Virus record (IMG/VR): IMGVR_UViG_3300046788_000415
Coordinates: 1-43,695 of that record
Length of the DNA: 43,695 bases
Reading direction: 5' to 3' (one strand)
Origin: a virus
Lineage: Duplodnaviria > Caudoviricetes
This document shows, piece after piece, positions 43,338 through 43,695 of the stretch. Made by a program: the position numbers and the translations under genes. The stretch's first letter is position 1. Each line of letters begins with the position of its first letter. A model generated the notes under the pieces. That model was not told the origin of the DNA and did no database searches. It saw only the letters and a list, made by a program, of their open reading frames with translations.

Positions 43338-43501
43338 GCCCGCTGATCCTGCCCCTGACGATCACCCTGGCCCTCGTGGCGATTGCGACCGGCATCAGCA
43401 TCGGCGATCGGCTCACCGAACGCCGCCACCGCGCCGACCTGATCCAGCAGGCCGCCGTGATCCGAGGCCAAATCGCCGCACGGATGGGAGACCGCCGATG
43501 A
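43334..43501 (+). CDS. Small membrane protein
   Basis: N-terminal TM; GTGA/ATGA coupling. Confidence 0.6.
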   Translation: MSPLILPLTITLALVAIATGISIGDRLTERRHRADLIQQAAVIRGQIAARMGDRR

Positions 43502-43695
43502 GCCTCGACCAGATCCGCGACTACGCCGACGAACTCACCCAACCCCACATCAACCGCGAGCCCTACACCATCTGGGATGGCCAACGACACCGGAAAACCC
43601 ACCACCACGTCACCGTCGAACACGGCCTACTCCGCCAGCTCTACAACGCCGCCATCATCCCCACCATCACCGGCACCGACGAGGGCGGCGGCACC
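43498..43695 (+). CDS. 5' part of the junction-spanning Zn-ribbon gene (continues to 562)
   Basis: ATG 43498 (MSLDQIRDYADELTQPH...), open to the contig end and through the overlap. Confidence 0.85.
   Translation, partial: MSLDQIRDYADELTQPHINREPYTIWDGQRHRKTHHHVTVEHGLLRQLYNAAIIPTITGTDEGGGT
43569..43695. repeat. Terminal direct repeat, copy 2
   Basis: Identical to 1-127. Confidence 0.95.

Larger units (their letters stand above)
1..43695. mobile_element. Complete temperate siphovirus (actinophage) genome, circularly permuted
   Basis: Full head, tail, lysis, integration, immunity and replication gene set in canonical order; ends overlap by 127 bp; no host housekeeping genes seen. Confidence 0.93.

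Noticed and set aside
43569-43695. 127-bp terminal repeat as a biological DTR or att site
   Set aside because: It falls mid-gene, far from terS and int, and 127 is a common assembler k-mer length
1-43695. CRISPR array or recognisable defence/toxin-antitoxin operon
   Set aside because: No regularly spaced repeats with unique spacers and no recognisable motifs; small unknown ORFs cannot be excluded without searches

Overview
This window is an apparently complete, circularly permuted temperate siphovirus genome of high GC. The unit length is about 43,568 bp, because bases 1-127 are repeated exactly at 43569-43695, most likely as an assembler overlap. Gene content points to an actinomycete host, with Micromonosporaceae a tentative guess. 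Gene order is: HNH, putative cos, TerS/TerL, portal, MuF-like protein, scaffold, Prp-like protease, major capsid, head-tail and extra virion genes, tail tube, -1 frameshifted tail chaperones, tape measure, two tail-tip genes, and a GH25 lysis cassette. This is followed by accessory genes (secreted neprosin-like peptidase, two AlpA-like regulators), a tyrosine integrase with repressor/Cro switch, and an early region (Rad52/Sak-like annealase, HNH, ArsR, replication initiator-like protein, many small Cys-rich proteins). The strongest observation is a self-contained head-maturation module: a 62-aa half-size Prp-family cysteine protease gene sits between scaffold and capsid, and both neighbours carry the same N-terminal motif W-F-x-L-x-R-H, a candidate new Prp cleavage signal. 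Other notable items are four hairpins with an identical GCGAT loop before TerS and scaffold, a possible pseudoknot before the tail chaperone, a LuxR HTH inside the lysis cassette, several leaderless promoters and a frameshift-fused early gene pair. All family calls come from motif recognition and synteny by eye; no database searches were run.
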